Of a DNA stretch of 64,000 nucleotides, positions 20,401-30,408 are shown in pieces (the stretch's first letter is position 1; each line of letters starts with the position of its first letter). The position numbers were made by a program, and so were the translations under genes. The notes beneath the pieces are model-generated. The model worked only from the letters and a program-made list of their open reading frames with translations, ran no database searches and was not told the origin of the DNA. The DNA is from Bryobacteraceae bacterium (GTDB lineage: Bacteria > Acidobacteriota > Terriglobia > Bryobacterales > Bryobacteraceae), in contig DATJAK010000022.1 of NCBI GenBank assembly GCA_035516375.1, forward strand, positions 42,116-106,115. Direction: 5' to 3'.

Positions 20401-21334
20401 CGTCGTAAATTTTCGGGATTTTGACGGGGCCGCCCAAGGTACCTCCGAAATCGAACTTGCGGTCGGGGTCGCGGATGTGTTCCCCGTCCTTGAGGCTATT
20501 GGTAAGGCCTGCATTGGTGAAGGGCAAGCCCGCATTCAAGGCCTCGTTCACCCAGTACATGTAGGTGCTGCCATGGAGGGTGTTGGTACCCGACTTCATG
20601 GTGTAGTTGAAATAGCCGCCGCCAGCCTGCCCGTACTCCGCCGCGAAATTACTGGTTTGGATGGAGACCTCCTGGATGGCATCCATGCCGCTCTGATTAA
20701 TCTGAGTCTTTTGATTCCACGCGCCATTGGTTGCGTCCTGACCCTCGACACGAATGGCTTCAGTGGAGGCGGGCAACCCGTTGACGCTGATTCCCCCATC
20801 CACTGCGTAGACCACGCCGGGGAGAAGCTGGGATACCGCCAGCGGATCGCGAATGTTACCGAAACCGTTGGAGCCGAAAGAGTTTCCCGCAGTCAGAGCC
20901 AGCACGGGCAGGTTGTCTGCGTCGTCGACTGTTACGTTGTGGCTCAACTCGCCGCTCTCGGTCTTCAGGAGCGGAGCTTCGGCATTGACAGTGACAGTCT
21001 CGGAATTCGCTCCTACTTCCAGGGCGACGTCCTGGCGCACGTCGGTCGCCACGGTGACCACCAGGTTCTCGCGAACAAACTTCTTGAAACCTGCTGAAGT
21101 AACCGTGAGTTCGTATTTGCCCACCGGCACCTGGATCACAAAATTACCCGTGGCGGAGGTGCCGCCCTGGTACACGGTATTGGTGTCAACGTTTTTGACT
21201 TGCACCATCGCGTTCGGCACGACCGCCCCAGCCGGATCGGAAACCGTGCCCGTAATCGTGCCGCCCGCGTTCTGGGCGAACGCAGCGAAGGCGGAAAGCA
21301 TTAAACTGCCGGTAACAACCAACAGTAAGCGCAT
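17495..21334 (-). CDS. TonB-dependent-receptor-like outer-membrane protein with an N-terminal CarboxypepD_reg domain
   Basis: 1279 aa. The signal peptide is followed by TGTVSDPAGAVVPNAMVQVKNVDTNTVYQGGTSATGNFVIQVPVGKYELTVTSAGFK (CarboxypepD_reg), a plug-like region and a long Gly/Asn/Tyr-rich beta-barrel that ends in an aromatic residue (..VIRLTF). Confidence 0.88.
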   Translation of the reverse strand: MRLLLVVTGSLMLSAFAAFAQNAGGTITGTVSDPAGAVVPNAMVQVKNVDTNTVYQGGTSATGNFVIQVPVGKYELTVTSAGFKKFVRENLVVTVATDVRQDVALEVGANSETVTVNAEAPLLKTESGELSHNVTVDDADNLPVLALTAGNSFGSNGFGNIRDPLAVSQLLPGVVYAVDGGISVNGLPASTEAIRVEGQDATNGAWNQKTQINQSGMDAIQEVSIQTSNFAAEYGQAGGGYFNYTMKSGTNTLHGSTYMYWVNEALNAGLPFTNAGLTNSLKDGEHIRDPDRKFDFGGTLGGPVKIPKIYDGRDKTFFFFNFERYQETQAFTQTETVPTLAYRSGNFSAATNPFGFPLALSSAGFFGPPTLDALGRPMFYDEVYDPNSTKTLASGAIVRDPFPGGIIPAARFNPIAMALQNLIPLPNAPGVLNNYNLPQYQNYQHTTNWSIKGDHSFSPTIKISAYVSHILTFNPNKNGIPGPVIQPSETNNRSTTVRVNYDQTIRPTLLLHLGIGYLYTYIPSGSPNYNEASLGLTGYPVENYFPNFSGLSDFFSGGVGIGGGLFGGGGLGPAGFLQNLWDEKPTGNTYVTWVKGNHTFKFGGEFMAEGFPDIGVNRANGNFGISQTETGNPNEQAVGLSSPFTTGLTGFGYASFLLGQVDNLNINPPTQSKLGYHSFGLYAQDSWKVTRKLTVDYGLRYDFQTYLKEQYGRMPNTVFNVTNPETGTPGATLFEGYGGGRCNCQFSHNYPYGFGPRLGVAYQIAPKTVLRGGAGLLYTPAPNNAFLSYNDTVFYAVSGPSYGLPFMTLGPNPYAPGNPFGNPPLKYPNFDEGIFPVPTGGVLPPDSPFINIDRSSRPGRILNWSVGLQREITPNLVAEATYVGNRGVWLTAPELDATDYNALTPQQLLADGINIQNPADRALLLQPINSPAVIARYPYLANPNNVYPGFPASQPLNQVFRLAPEFLGVPPFLGPPLGNTWYDALQVKVTKRFSHGLSIQGSYTFSKNDVLGVSASTQYFTPGTPLINDVYNRDQNKQLSQNTAPSLLVISGQYVTPRVGQSRLLKNVLGGWQIATLLRYQNGALIQSPSSVNNLLTQLDRGPSNNPALWGGGYTFFNPIAGQSCLAINPNQKGFDPTKTLALNTNAWVDPGGGNFGTAAPFYNNCRWQRYPAENMSFGRNFRIKERANLQFRVEFQNIFNRLFYSEPSLAGGTNPTTPAVHNNPNGGLSGGYGYVNYVNGGCEQPGGAGAGGLFMAAFGTNAGCPGPRTGQAVIRLTF

Positions 21335-21513
21335 GGATAACCCCCCTCAGACGAGAACCTGCTACCAATGCTGACAACGAATTCCCCGTGGAGACAGGCC
21401 TCTGAAATCGGAGTGAGTATATCGAAAGATAATCACCGCGTCAATGGTTTTGATAGTTTTGGTGTTTTTTTTTGATTTGTTTCGTCAGTGCCGCGCGGCC
21501 CCAGGCTGACTCT

Positions 21514-23232
21514 TTACCGGCCAATGCCGCCTGCGAGACAGGGATGCCCGCTTCCCTCGCGCAGAGTCACGACGCGATCCTCACCAATCTGTTTCCAGGA
21601 GTCACACCCGCCCGCCGGCCAGCGGACCTGTATCCGGTCCACTGTGGCCGATTTGCCCAACCCGAAGTGGACTCGTGGGTCGTTGGCTGACAGGTAGCTG
21701 CCATCACCTCTGACCCAGCGCTGGATAGATGTCCCGTCTTTCCGAAACAACTCGACCACGCTGCCGTACCCGGATCGGTTGGAACGTACTCCTTCGAGAC
21801 GAACCTGGATCCAGTGCCCGCGTTCCGGCACCGTATTCAGCAACAGGCGAGCCGGACCGTTATTGTTAGTCACCAGAATGTCGATTCCGCCGTCGTTGTT
21901 GACGTCGCCGAATACCGCCGCGCGGCTAACATCAAGGTGGTCGAAGGCTGGCCCGGCCAAAGCCGTCACATCCTCGAACCCCTTTCCCTTACCCAAATTG
22001 CGCAGCAGCAGATTGCGCTGCCGGTATGGGAAGAGGTCGCCTAGTTGCGTCGCCATGGCGAGTACCGCGCCATTGGCGGCGAACAGGTCCAGCAAGCCGC
22101 GATTTTCCATGTCCAGCAGACCGACTCCGAAGCCGGTGTACGGCAGGGAAAAGTGAAGCAACCCAGTCTGCGCCGTGGAATCGGTGTAATCGCCGCGCGG
22201 CTGCCGCTGGAACAGAGTGAATCCTTCATTGGGAAGATTGGTGATTACCACAGCCTCCCCGCCATCGCCGTACAAGTCGCCGGCCGCTACGCCCATTCCC
22301 GCCCGGGCGCGGCCGTCCGCAGCGAAGGCTAGCCCGCGCATGAGGCCCGCTTCCTTGAATACCCGGCCCTTTTGACTCCCTTCATTCAGCCAAAGATGAT
22401 TGGCGGCGCCATCGTTAGCGACCACGAAGCTCGGCCAGCCATTCGAACCGAAATCGCCTGTCAGGATGCCAAGCCCGGGTCCACGCGCCGCGTTCAGGCC
22501 AACCGCGGAAGTGACGTCTTCAAACCGGCCGTTGCCCAGGTTGCGATAGAGCTGGGTGACGGTCCGGTCGAAGTTCTCGGGCCCGCAATAGTCTCGACGG
22601 CCCTCCGGCCCATAGCAGTTCCTGGGATAGAACTCCAGGTAGTGGACAACCACCAGATCGAGCCAGCCATCGCGATCGTAGTCAATGAACGCGGCGCTGG
22701 TGGACCATCCGGACGATTCCACCCCGGCGGTCTTAGTCACGTCAGTGAAGGTGCCGTTCCCGTTGTTGTGATAGAGAACGTTGTGGCCATAATTCGTTAC
22801 GTACAGATCGGTGTAGCCGTCGTTGTCATAGTCTCCGGCAGCCACACCCATGCCAAAATCACTGTGCCCAACACCCGCCGCTTCGGTGACGTCGGTGAAG
22901 GAGAGTTTTCCGCTTTCGACCAGGTTATTCCGGAACAGCCGGTTCCCGGGCCTCCAGCCTGCCGGCAAAGGGACCAGCGGCTTGCCTTGCGGAATTGCCG
23001 GAGCGCCCTGGACCAGATAAACATCCAGGTCCCCGTCATTGTCATAGTCGATCAGGGCAGCGCCCGATCCCATGATTTCCGGTAAACGAAAGTCTCCCGT
23101 CGCGCCGGAAAACTGCCAGAAGTCGAGCCCGGTCTGCCTGGCGACGTCTGCGAAGAGGGGAGTTGGATGACGAGAAGATCTGCAGGAGAGCGAGAGCGCA
23201 GCAAACAGAAGCAGCACTGCTCCCGATTTCAC
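21514..23232 (-). CDS. CRTAC1-family protein (FG-GAP/VCBS repeats + ASPIC/UnbV domain), lipoprotein-like signal
   Basis: 572 aa with a GTG start. It has repeated DYDNDGDLD / DYDNDGYTD / DYDRDGWLD / DVNNDGGID calcium-binding FG-GAP loops and a C-terminal UnbV-like block (NRSGYGSVVEL...SYLSANDPRVHFGLG...VRWPAG). Confidence 0.88.
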   Translation of the reverse strand: MKSGAVLLLFAALSLSCRSSRHPTPLFADVARQTGLDFWQFSGATGDFRLPEIMGSGAALIDYDNDGDLDVYLVQGAPAIPQGKPLVPLPAGWRPGNRLFRNNLVESGKLSFTDVTEAAGVGHSDFGMGVAAGDYDNDGYTDLYVTNYGHNVLYHNNGNGTFTDVTKTAGVESSGWSTSAAFIDYDRDGWLDLVVVHYLEFYPRNCYGPEGRRDYCGPENFDRTVTQLYRNLGNGRFEDVTSAVGLNAARGPGLGILTGDFGSNGWPSFVVANDGAANHLWLNEGSQKGRVFKEAGLMRGLAFAADGRARAGMGVAAGDLYGDGGEAVVITNLPNEGFTLFQRQPRGDYTDSTAQTGLLHFSLPYTGFGVGLLDMENRGLLDLFAANGAVLAMATQLGDLFPYRQRNLLLRNLGKGKGFEDVTALAGPAFDHLDVSRAAVFGDVNNDGGIDILVTNNNGPARLLLNTVPERGHWIQVRLEGVRSNRSGYGSVVELFRKDGTSIQRWVRGDGSYLSANDPRVHFGLGKSATVDRIQVRWPAGGCDSWKQIGEDRVVTLREGSGHPCLAGGIGR

Positions 23233-23273
23233 GTGATCAGCATTACATGCGCATGATATGCTGTCAACAATTC

Positions 23274-24680
23274 ATGAAACGGGGTGCGGCGTTCACGGTC
23301 ACAACGTTGGCCGCGCTGCTGGCGTGGTCCTGCGCGGGTCCGGTTCCGCCTGTTCCCGCAGTAACGCTGGAAGGCATGGACACCGAGGTGCGCGCCGTTG
23401 TCCAGGCGGCTCATCAGCAAGCGGCGGCGCAACCCTCCAGCGGCCAGGCATCGGGGCGTCTGGGGATGGTGCTGCACGCGCACTCGCTGTATCAACCGGC
23501 GATGCTCTCCTATCAGCGCGCGATTCGTCTGGAGCCGAAGGAGTTCGCCTGGCGATACTACCTGGCGTTGGTGCTTCAGCAAATATCGCAGCCGGACAAG
23601 GCACTGGAGGCCTTTTCGGCCGCGCTGCGCATCCGTCCGGACTACGCTCCCGCAGTTCTGAGGCGTGGGGACCTGCTGTTCCAGATGGGGCGTTTCCAAG
23701 AGAGCGCTGCCGCATATGAATCGGTACTGGCGAAGGATCCAGCTTCGGCTGACGCACTCTACGGTTTGGGGCGGGTACGCTATGCACAGCACGATATGTC
23801 CGCCGCTGAAGATCTCTACCGCCGTGCTTCGCAGGCTTATCCAAAATTCGGCGCCGCCTATTACGGACTAGCCATGGCGGGCCGGAGTCTGGGACATGAC
23901 GCAGACTCGGCGAAGAACTTCGAGCTGTCCAAACGCTTCACGGGTGACCATCCTTCCACTTCGGACCCGCTGCTGAGCCAGATGGGGGCGCTGACCACGG
24001 GCGTTTTCCGCAGGTTCGAGCAAGCCAACTCACTGGCCAAGCAGGGAGACATGGAGGAGGCTGCGCGGCTGAATGAAGAAGTGCTGGCGCGGGATCCGGA
24101 CAACCTCTCCGCGTTACTGAACCTTTTATACCTGGCGCGGTTTCTGAACCGCTTCGATAATCAGGTGGACACCCTCTATTCGCGGGCCCAGCGGATCGAC
24201 CCGCGGGTTCCGCTCATTTACGACTACTACGGTGTCGTCATGGTTCGGGAAGGCAAGTACGAAGCGGCCATGGCCGCGCTCCGGAAAGCCCTCGATCTGC
24301 GGCCGAATTACGCCGAACCGCACAAGTGGATGGGGGAAGTTCTGGAACGGCAGAACCAGATCGCCGGCGCTATCGAGAATTATCAGCTGGCGCTGGCCGC
24401 GGAGCCTTCCGACCGCGCAACCCAAATGAAACTGTGGTGGGACCTCATCATCCAGGGCCGCGGCCGCGAGGCAATTCCACAATTGATCCCGGCGATCCAG
24501 ATTGACGATATGTTTACGCCCATGCGACTGGTCCTGTTGGGCGAGGCTTATCGAACCACGGGCGAATTCGGAAAATCGCGGCAGTATCTGGAGCAAGCGC
24601 GAAGCCGCGTGCGCAACCAGGGTCCGCCGGATCTTTTGGCGCAGATTGAACACGAGTTGAAGGAGCTACCGCAACCTTGA
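23274..24680 (+). CDS. TPR-repeat lipoprotein
   Basis: The start was moved to the ATG at 23274 (MKRGAAFTVTTLAALLAWSCAG, which has a lipobox). TPR units occur throughout. Confidence 0.8.
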   Translation: MKRGAAFTVTTLAALLAWSCAGPVPPVPAVTLEGMDTEVRAVVQAAHQQAAAQPSSGQASGRLGMVLHAHSLYQPAMLSYQRAIRLEPKEFAWRYYLALVLQQISQPDKALEAFSAALRIRPDYAPAVLRRGDLLFQMGRFQESAAAYESVLAKDPASADALYGLGRVRYAQHDMSAAEDLYRRASQAYPKFGAAYYGLAMAGRSLGHDADSAKNFELSKRFTGDHPSTSDPLLSQMGALTTGVFRRFEQANSLAKQGDMEEAARLNEEVLARDPDNLSALLNLLYLARFLNRFDNQVDTLYSRAQRIDPRVPLIYDYYGVVMVREGKYEAAMAALRKALDLRPNYAEPHKWMGEVLERQNQIAGAIENYQLALAAEPSDRATQMKLWWDLIIQGRGREAIPQLIPAIQIDDMFTPMRLVLLGEAYRTTGEFGKSRQYLEQARSRVRNQGPPDLLAQIEHELKELPQP

Positions 24681-27640
24681 GCCGACTGCTGTCGAGCTCC
24701 GCGAGGTGCGCGCACCTGACACTCGCCATGGCATTGCTGATGCTCGTGGCATGCACCCGGCGAATTGACGAAGATCGGTTAAGCGAGCGTCGCAACCTGG
24801 GCACCGCGTTCTACGAGAATCCCACCACCCACCAGGAAGCCGTCCGGGAGTTTCAACAAGCACTGCAACTGGCGCCGGACTCCGCCCGAGAGAAGTTGAA
24901 CTATGCCCTGGCGTTGCTGCGGGCAGGCCGCGAAGAAGAAGGGGTATCGCGGCTTCAGGAGGTGCAGCGCCAGGATCCTTCGCTTCCGCACACCTGGTTC
25001 AATCTGGGAATCTATTACAAACGGCGGGGAGATGTCACTCGTGCCATCACACAATTCGAAGGCATGGTCGCGCGGGCGCCAGAGGAGCCCGTCGCACACT
25101 ATCAGCTGGGTACTCTGTATCGGCAGGTGAAACGCAATGCGGAGGCGCGTACCGAGTTCGAGCGGGCTGCGGCATTGAACCCACTGCTGGCCGCCGCGCG
25201 GTATCAGCTTTACGATCTGAATCGGGTGGCTGGAAATGTCGAGCAAGCCAAGCTCTACCTGGCGGATTTTCAACGCATCCAGCAAGCGCAAAAAGGCTCG
25301 GTGATACCGGAGGACGTCGAGTGGTGCGCTTACGCGGAGATCTATAACCCGCCGGAGTATCGTAACGAAGCGGCGGCGTCGCCGGAACTCACTCTTACCG
25401 ACAAACGGCTGCCCGGCAGTGTCGATCCTAAGACGGCCGGAATGACCCTGATCGACCTGGCGGGTGTCGGGCGAACCGATCTGCTGGTATGGTCGTCGCA
25501 GGGGATTCGAGTGTTTCGCGGCGGACAACAGATCGCCGAAGACATCGGCCTGGACGGATTGACCGGGATTCTGGACGTTGCTCCCGGCGATTTCGACAAC
25601 GACGGCCTGATGGATCTGTGTGTGCTCACCGCCGCCGGCCCGACGCTGTACCGCAACGCTGGAGGCAAATTTGTGCGCCAGCAAGCGCCCCTTCCCGACC
25701 GGCGTTTCGACAAGGCGGTATGGCTCGATTACGATCACGATTACGATCTCGACCTGGTCTTGCTGGGAGAACAACCGGCACTGATGCGCAATCAAGGAAC
25801 CGCCGGCTGGGCTGATCACACGGACGATTTCCCGTTTGTGAAGGGCACGGCCACGAACGCCCAAAAAATGCGCACGGTACCCGATAGCAAAGCGTTCGAT
25901 TTGGCGGTATTTTACCTGGATCGGATGCCGGTACTCTATCGCGATCAGCTTGGCGGCCGCTACACCGCCGAGGCATTTCCGGGAAAGCCCCCGGACGTAA
26001 CACGCACCGAAGTGGATGCCGACTTCGATGCTGACGGCCGGATGGACCGCGCGAGGATCGATCCGGATGGCAGCCTTCACCTTTTGCTCAACCGGAGCGG
26101 AAATGATCGTCGCTGGATCGGTATTCAGCTTAAGGGCGTGCGCAGTCTAAAGCTGGCGCAAGATGCCCTGGTGGAGATCAAGGCCGGCACTCTTTACCGG
26201 CGCCAGTTCTATACGGGGGTCCCGCTGCTGTTTGACGCGGGAAACAATACCACAGTCGACGCGGTTCGCATTACGTGGCCCAATGGGCTGATTCAGAACG
26301 AAATCCGCCAGGCGACGAATCGAACTCATGCTTATGTGGAAGCACAACGACTGTCCGGCTCCTGTCCCATGATCTGGACGTGGAACGGGCATGCGTTCGA
26401 ATTCATCACCGATGTCCTGGGGGTGGCTCCGCTGGGCGCCAGCGATGGTGATGGAAGCTACTTCCCGGTGGATCACGTTGAGTACGTGCAGATTCCCGGC
26501 GGGGCGCTCGAGACCGACCGGAATCATGCCGGTCACTATGAAGTGCGCATCACTGAAGAGCTGAGCGAGGTGTCGTACCTAGACCAGGTCCAGCTTTATG
26601 CGGTGGATCAGCGCGCCGGCACGGAAATCTTCACCAACGAAAAGTTTAAGGGGCCGCCTTATCCGGAATTCCGGCTGTTCGAAGTGGAGCGGCGGATTTA
26701 TCCCGTGGCCGCGCGCGATGACCAAGGCGCGGACGTGTTGCCGCGGTTAATCGCTAAAGACGGCCGGTATCCCGATCAGTTCAGGCGGTCCGAGACCGGT
26801 GTGGCGGAGTTGCACACATTGGAGCTGGATTTCGGAAGCGCGGCGCCATCCGGCAAAGCCATTCTATTACTCAACGGCTGGGTTGATTGGCCCGATGGCA
26901 GCACTTTCCGCAGAGCCTCGCAGGAGTCGGCGGCGGGGTTGGTGATGCCATACCTCGAGGTGCAGGACGGAAGCGGCCAATGGAAGACCGTGAACCAGGA
27001 CATGGGTATGCCCGCCGGCAAGCCCAAGACAATCGTGGTTCCTGTAGAGTTTCTGTCGGCAAGCCGCAAGATCCGGATCGTCACTAACCTATGCGTATAT
27101 TGGGACGAGATTTTCTTGAGTGAGGGGATTTCCAATACGAGCCGGGAGCCAAAGCTGATACCGCTGATTTCGGCCGATTTACACTTTCGGGGATTCTCGG
27201 AATCGCGTATCGACCCGCGCCGCAAACAACCGGACACGTTTTTTTACGGCCAGGTTTCTCCAACCTCTTTCTGGAATCCCACACCGGGCATGTATACAAG
27301 ATACGGCTCGGTGGAGAGCTTGCTCCGCGACGTGGACGACCAGCTCGTGATCATGGGCTCGGGCGACGAAGTTCGGCTCCAGTTCGACGCGGGAACTCTG
27401 GACGAGCTCCGGGCGGGATGGCGCCGCGACTACCTGCTCAAAGTGGACGGCTGGGCTAAGGATCGTGACCCGAATACGGCGTTTTCTTCGAACGTGAAGC
27501 CCCTGCCTTTTCACGGTATGTCACAGTATCCGTATTCGGCCAAAGAGCATTTCCCCAACGACGCCTTGCATGATGAGTATCAACGCACCTACAATACACG
27601 TCCGGCGCTGGTGTTAATCCGGCCGTTGGAGGGACGATGA
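24677..27640 (+). CDS. large TPR + FG-GAP/VCBS + ASPIC/UnbV protein with an uncharacterised ~450-aa C-terminal region
   Basis: 987 aa. It has a lipoprotein-like signal (LLMLVAC), N-terminal TPRs, FG-GAP loops (DFDNDGLMD, DYDHDYDLD, DFDADGRMD) and a UnbV-like block (NDRRWIGIQLKG...RITWPNG). A conserved-looking tail follows, starting SGSCPMIWTWNGHAFEF. The start is either TTG at 24677 (which overlaps the upstream stop) or ATG at 24728. Confidence 0.8.
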   Translation: MSRLLSSSARCAHLTLAMALLMLVACTRRIDEDRLSERRNLGTAFYENPTTHQEAVREFQQALQLAPDSAREKLNYALALLRAGREEEGVSRLQEVQRQDPSLPHTWFNLGIYYKRRGDVTRAITQFEGMVARAPEEPVAHYQLGTLYRQVKRNAEARTEFERAAALNPLLAAARYQLYDLNRVAGNVEQAKLYLADFQRIQQAQKGSVIPEDVEWCAYAEIYNPPEYRNEAAASPELTLTDKRLPGSVDPKTAGMTLIDLAGVGRTDLLVWSSQGIRVFRGGQQIAEDIGLDGLTGILDVAPGDFDNDGLMDLCVLTAAGPTLYRNAGGKFVRQQAPLPDRRFDKAVWLDYDHDYDLDLVLLGEQPALMRNQGTAGWADHTDDFPFVKGTATNAQKMRTVPDSKAFDLAVFYLDRMPVLYRDQLGGRYTAEAFPGKPPDVTRTEVDADFDADGRMDRARIDPDGSLHLLLNRSGNDRRWIGIQLKGVRSLKLAQDALVEIKAGTLYRRQFYTGVPLLFDAGNNTTVDAVRITWPNGLIQNEIRQATNRTHAYVEAQRLSGSCPMIWTWNGHAFEFITDVLGVAPLGASDGDGSYFPVDHVEYVQIPGGALETDRNHAGHYEVRITEELSEVSYLDQVQLYAVDQRAGTEIFTNEKFKGPPYPEFRLFEVERRIYPVAARDDQGADVLPRLIAKDGRYPDQFRRSETGVAELHTLELDFGSAAPSGKAILLLNGWVDWPDGSTFRRASQESAAGLVMPYLEVQDGSGQWKTVNQDMGMPAGKPKTIVVPVEFLSASRKIRIVTNLCVYWDEIFLSEGISNTSREPKLIPLISADLHFRGFSESRIDPRRKQPDTFFYGQVSPTSFWNPTPGMYTRYGSVESLLRDVDDQLVIMGSGDEVRLQFDAGTLDELRAGWRRDYLLKVDGWAKDRDPNTAFSSNVKPLPFHGMSQYPYSAKEHFPNDALHDEYQRTYNTRPALVLIRPLEGR

Positions 27641-30408
27641 CCACATCTAACCGGCGATGGGCGGGCGTGGCTTTGGTGGTGCTGATCCTGAACAGCGGCT
27701 ACCTCGCGGGTTTTCCTCGACCGACCATCTTCTACATGGGCAACGTGCTGCTGCACCTTGTAGTGGGACTGGTCCTGATGGCGGTCGCGATCCTCGTGAG
27801 CAAACGGTATCGCCGCGAAAGCGCAGTATTCCTGGCTGCGGGTCTGCCCGGCCTCTATCTGGCGGTGGGCGGCAATACCTTGGATCATCGTTGGATACTG
27901 TGGCTGCACATTTTGCTGGCTGTCGTGGCAGTGGCAGCGATCGCGTGGCGCGTGGCGCTGGCGCCGTCTGTCCGGGCAGGGCATGGCTTCGCCCTACGAA
28001 CTCTCAGAGCTGCAGTTGCGGTTGCCCTGCTGATCGCGATCGCGTTGCCGGCTTCCAGTTTCCTGTACCGGAGATGGCGTCCGGATGCCCGCGAGCGGAT
28101 CGCCAATCCGGCTGCGCCGCCGCTGTCCATGGATCAAGAAGGCGCCGGAGAGCACTCGCCGTTTGCGCCTTCTTCCGCGCAAACCACTACCGGGAAAATC
28201 ATTCCGTCGAACTTCTTTATGGATTCGGAAGCCTGCGGCGAGTGTCACCGGGATATTTACCAGCAGTGGAAGAGCTCCATGCATCACTTCGCTTCTTTCA
28301 ACAACCAGTTCTACCGGAAATCCATCGAGTACATGCAGGATGTGACGGGCACGCGCTCGAGTAAATGGTGTGCGGGATGCCACGATCACGCCGTTTTCTT
28401 CAATGGCCGTTTCGACCGGCCGATGCGAGAGCAGATCGACACCCCAGAGGCGCAGGCCGGGCTGGGATGCATGTCATGCCACGCCATCGTTCACGTGGCA
28501 AGCACCATGGGCAATGCGGATTTCACAGTTGAGTATCCACCCCTGCACGAAATCGCCTCCAGTCATAACCAGTACCTGCGAGCGATGGACTCCTTTCTCA
28601 CCTACCTGAATCCTCAGCCGCACCGCCAAACCTTCATGAAGCCATACATGCGCCAGGCTGAGTTTTGCGCCGCCTGTCACAAGGTGCACTTGGATGTTCC
28701 GGTGAATGACTACCGTTGGGTGCGCGGTTTTAACGATTACGACAACTGGCAGGCGAGCGGCGTCTCGGGGCAAGGCGCCCGCTCCTTTTACTACCCCGAG
28801 AAGAACATGGCTTGTGCCGATTGCCATATGCCGCTGGTGCCTTCACGCGATCCAGGCAATCATGACGGTAAGGTGCATTCGCACCGCTTCCCCGCCGCCA
28901 ACATGGCCGTGGCAGAGGCCAACCAGGATCAGGCGCAGATGGACGCCACCGAAAAATTCCTGAAATCGGGCTTTATCACGGTGGATATTTTTGCGGTCTC
29001 TCCGGCGGACGAGAGTAAAACGCAGACACGCATGATACGGCGCGGCGATAGTGTACAGGCGAACTCGACGTTCGCCGCCGGCGAAGAAACTGACGTGACG
29101 AGCGCCGGTCTCATTCGGGATGTCGGCAAAGTGACAGCACCGGTGGATGTGGCCGGGGCGGCATTGGCGCCGGGAAGTACAACGCGCGTGGACGTGGTGG
29201 TGCGCACGCGAAAGATCGGCCACTTTTTCCCGGGCGGAACGGTGGACGCGTTCGATGTGTGGCTGGAACTGGAAGGCAGGGATGCGCAAGGGCGGGTCAT
29301 CTTCTGGAGCGGGAATGTGGAAGATCATGGAAAGGGGCCGGTAGAGCCGGGTGCGCACTTCTATCGCTCGTACCAACTCGACGCCGCTGCTAATCCCATT
29401 AACAAGCGCAATGCCTGGCAAGCCCGGAGCCTGCTCTATGTGAGGCTGATCCCGCCAGGAGCTGCCGACGTGGCACACTACCTGCTGAAAGTACCGAAAA
29501 CCGCCCGGGGCCCTATTCATTTGACCGCGCGGCTGAACTATCGGAAGTTCTCGTGGTACTACACGCAATTCGCGTACGCAGGTCAGCCTAAGCCGGGCCA
29601 GGATCCCGCTCTGCTCGCGCGCGATCGCAATGGCTTCGAATATGAGTTCGCGCGCGCCTCGATTCCGGCGAATGTTTCGGGAAAGATCCGCGGCCGGATT
29701 CCCGATGTGCCCATCGTCACGCTGGCCCAATCGAATGTCACGATTCCCTTGGGTGCGCCCGCATGGTCACCCGTGGTGCGCAAGCAGGATCGGGAGCGGT
29801 GGAATGACTGGGGCATCGGGCTCTTGCTGCAGGGCGACCTGAAAGGGGCGGAATACGCCTTTCAGAAAGCCACCGAGGCTGAGCCGGAATATGCCGATGG
29901 ATGGCTGAATGTGGCGCGGGCGCTGATTCAGGAAGGTGAAACCGATCGGGCCAAACCTTATATTGAAAAGGCGCTCGCGATCAACCCGGGGTTGGGACGC
30001 ACCTGGTTCTTCCAGGCCGCCATTCAAAGAGCCGACGGCGACTACGACGCGGCATTGCATTCGCTCGAGGTGGTGCGCGCGAAGTATCCGCGCGACCGCG
30101 TGGTCCTCAACCAGATCGCCCGTATTCTCTTCCTGAAACGCGAGTACGCCGCAGCGGTAGAAGTGCTGAAGCAGGTGTGCGACATCGATCCTGAAGATGT
30201 AACCATGCACTACACGCTGATGTTGTGTTATCGAGGCTTGGGCGACACCGCAAACGCTGCCCGGGAAGAGGCGCTGTTTCGCCGTTTTAAGGCCGACGAA
30301 GCTTCGCAGTCCATCACCGAGCAGCGGCGCATGATCAGCCCGGAAGACAACAATGAGCGGCAGCAGATTCACGATCACGAAAGCGCGGTCAGGAGCGATC
30401 TGCCATGA
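27637..30408 (+). CDS. membrane-anchored pentaheme c-type cytochrome (cytochrome c554-like multiheme region) with C-terminal TPRs
   Basis: 923 aa with ~4 N-terminal TM helices. It has five CxxCH motifs (CGECH, CAGCH, CMSCH, CAACH, CADCH) and a C-terminal TPR block (AEPEYADGWLNVARALIQEG...). Its ATG overlaps the upstream TGA (ATGA). Confidence 0.85.
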   Translation: MTTSNRRWAGVALVVLILNSGYLAGFPRPTIFYMGNVLLHLVVGLVLMAVAILVSKRYRRESAVFLAAGLPGLYLAVGGNTLDHRWILWLHILLAVVAVAAIAWRVALAPSVRAGHGFALRTLRAAVAVALLIAIALPASSFLYRRWRPDARERIANPAAPPLSMDQEGAGEHSPFAPSSAQTTTGKIIPSNFFMDSEACGECHRDIYQQWKSSMHHFASFNNQFYRKSIEYMQDVTGTRSSKWCAGCHDHAVFFNGRFDRPMREQIDTPEAQAGLGCMSCHAIVHVASTMGNADFTVEYPPLHEIASSHNQYLRAMDSFLTYLNPQPHRQTFMKPYMRQAEFCAACHKVHLDVPVNDYRWVRGFNDYDNWQASGVSGQGARSFYYPEKNMACADCHMPLVPSRDPGNHDGKVHSHRFPAANMAVAEANQDQAQMDATEKFLKSGFITVDIFAVSPADESKTQTRMIRRGDSVQANSTFAAGEETDVTSAGLIRDVGKVTAPVDVAGAALAPGSTTRVDVVVRTRKIGHFFPGGTVDAFDVWLELEGRDAQGRVIFWSGNVEDHGKGPVEPGAHFYRSYQLDAAANPINKRNAWQARSLLYVRLIPPGAADVAHYLLKVPKTARGPIHLTARLNYRKFSWYYTQFAYAGQPKPGQDPALLARDRNGFEYEFARASIPANVSGKIRGRIPDVPIVTLAQSNVTIPLGAPAWSPVVRKQDRERWNDWGIGLLLQGDLKGAEYAFQKATEAEPEYADGWLNVARALIQEGETDRAKPYIEKALAINPGLGRTWFFQAAIQRADGDYDAALHSLEVVRAKYPRDRVVLNQIARILFLKREYAAAVEVLKQVCDIDPEDVTMHYTLMLCYRGLGDTANAAREEALFRRFKADEASQSITEQRRMISPEDNNERQQIHDHESAVRSDLP

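Noticed and set aside
19046-21097. A 683-aa plus-strand ORF. Similar long antisense ORFs occur at 8019-8879, 17966-18733, 22372-23085, 24779-26080, 28843-29730 and 11547-12539.
   Set aside because: Each lies entirely opposite a gene with strong family signatures (TonB-like receptor, PD40 protein, CRTAC1, TPR/FG-GAP protein, cytochromes). Each also has low-complexity, Arg/Gly/Val-rich composition. They are GC-driven shadow frames.
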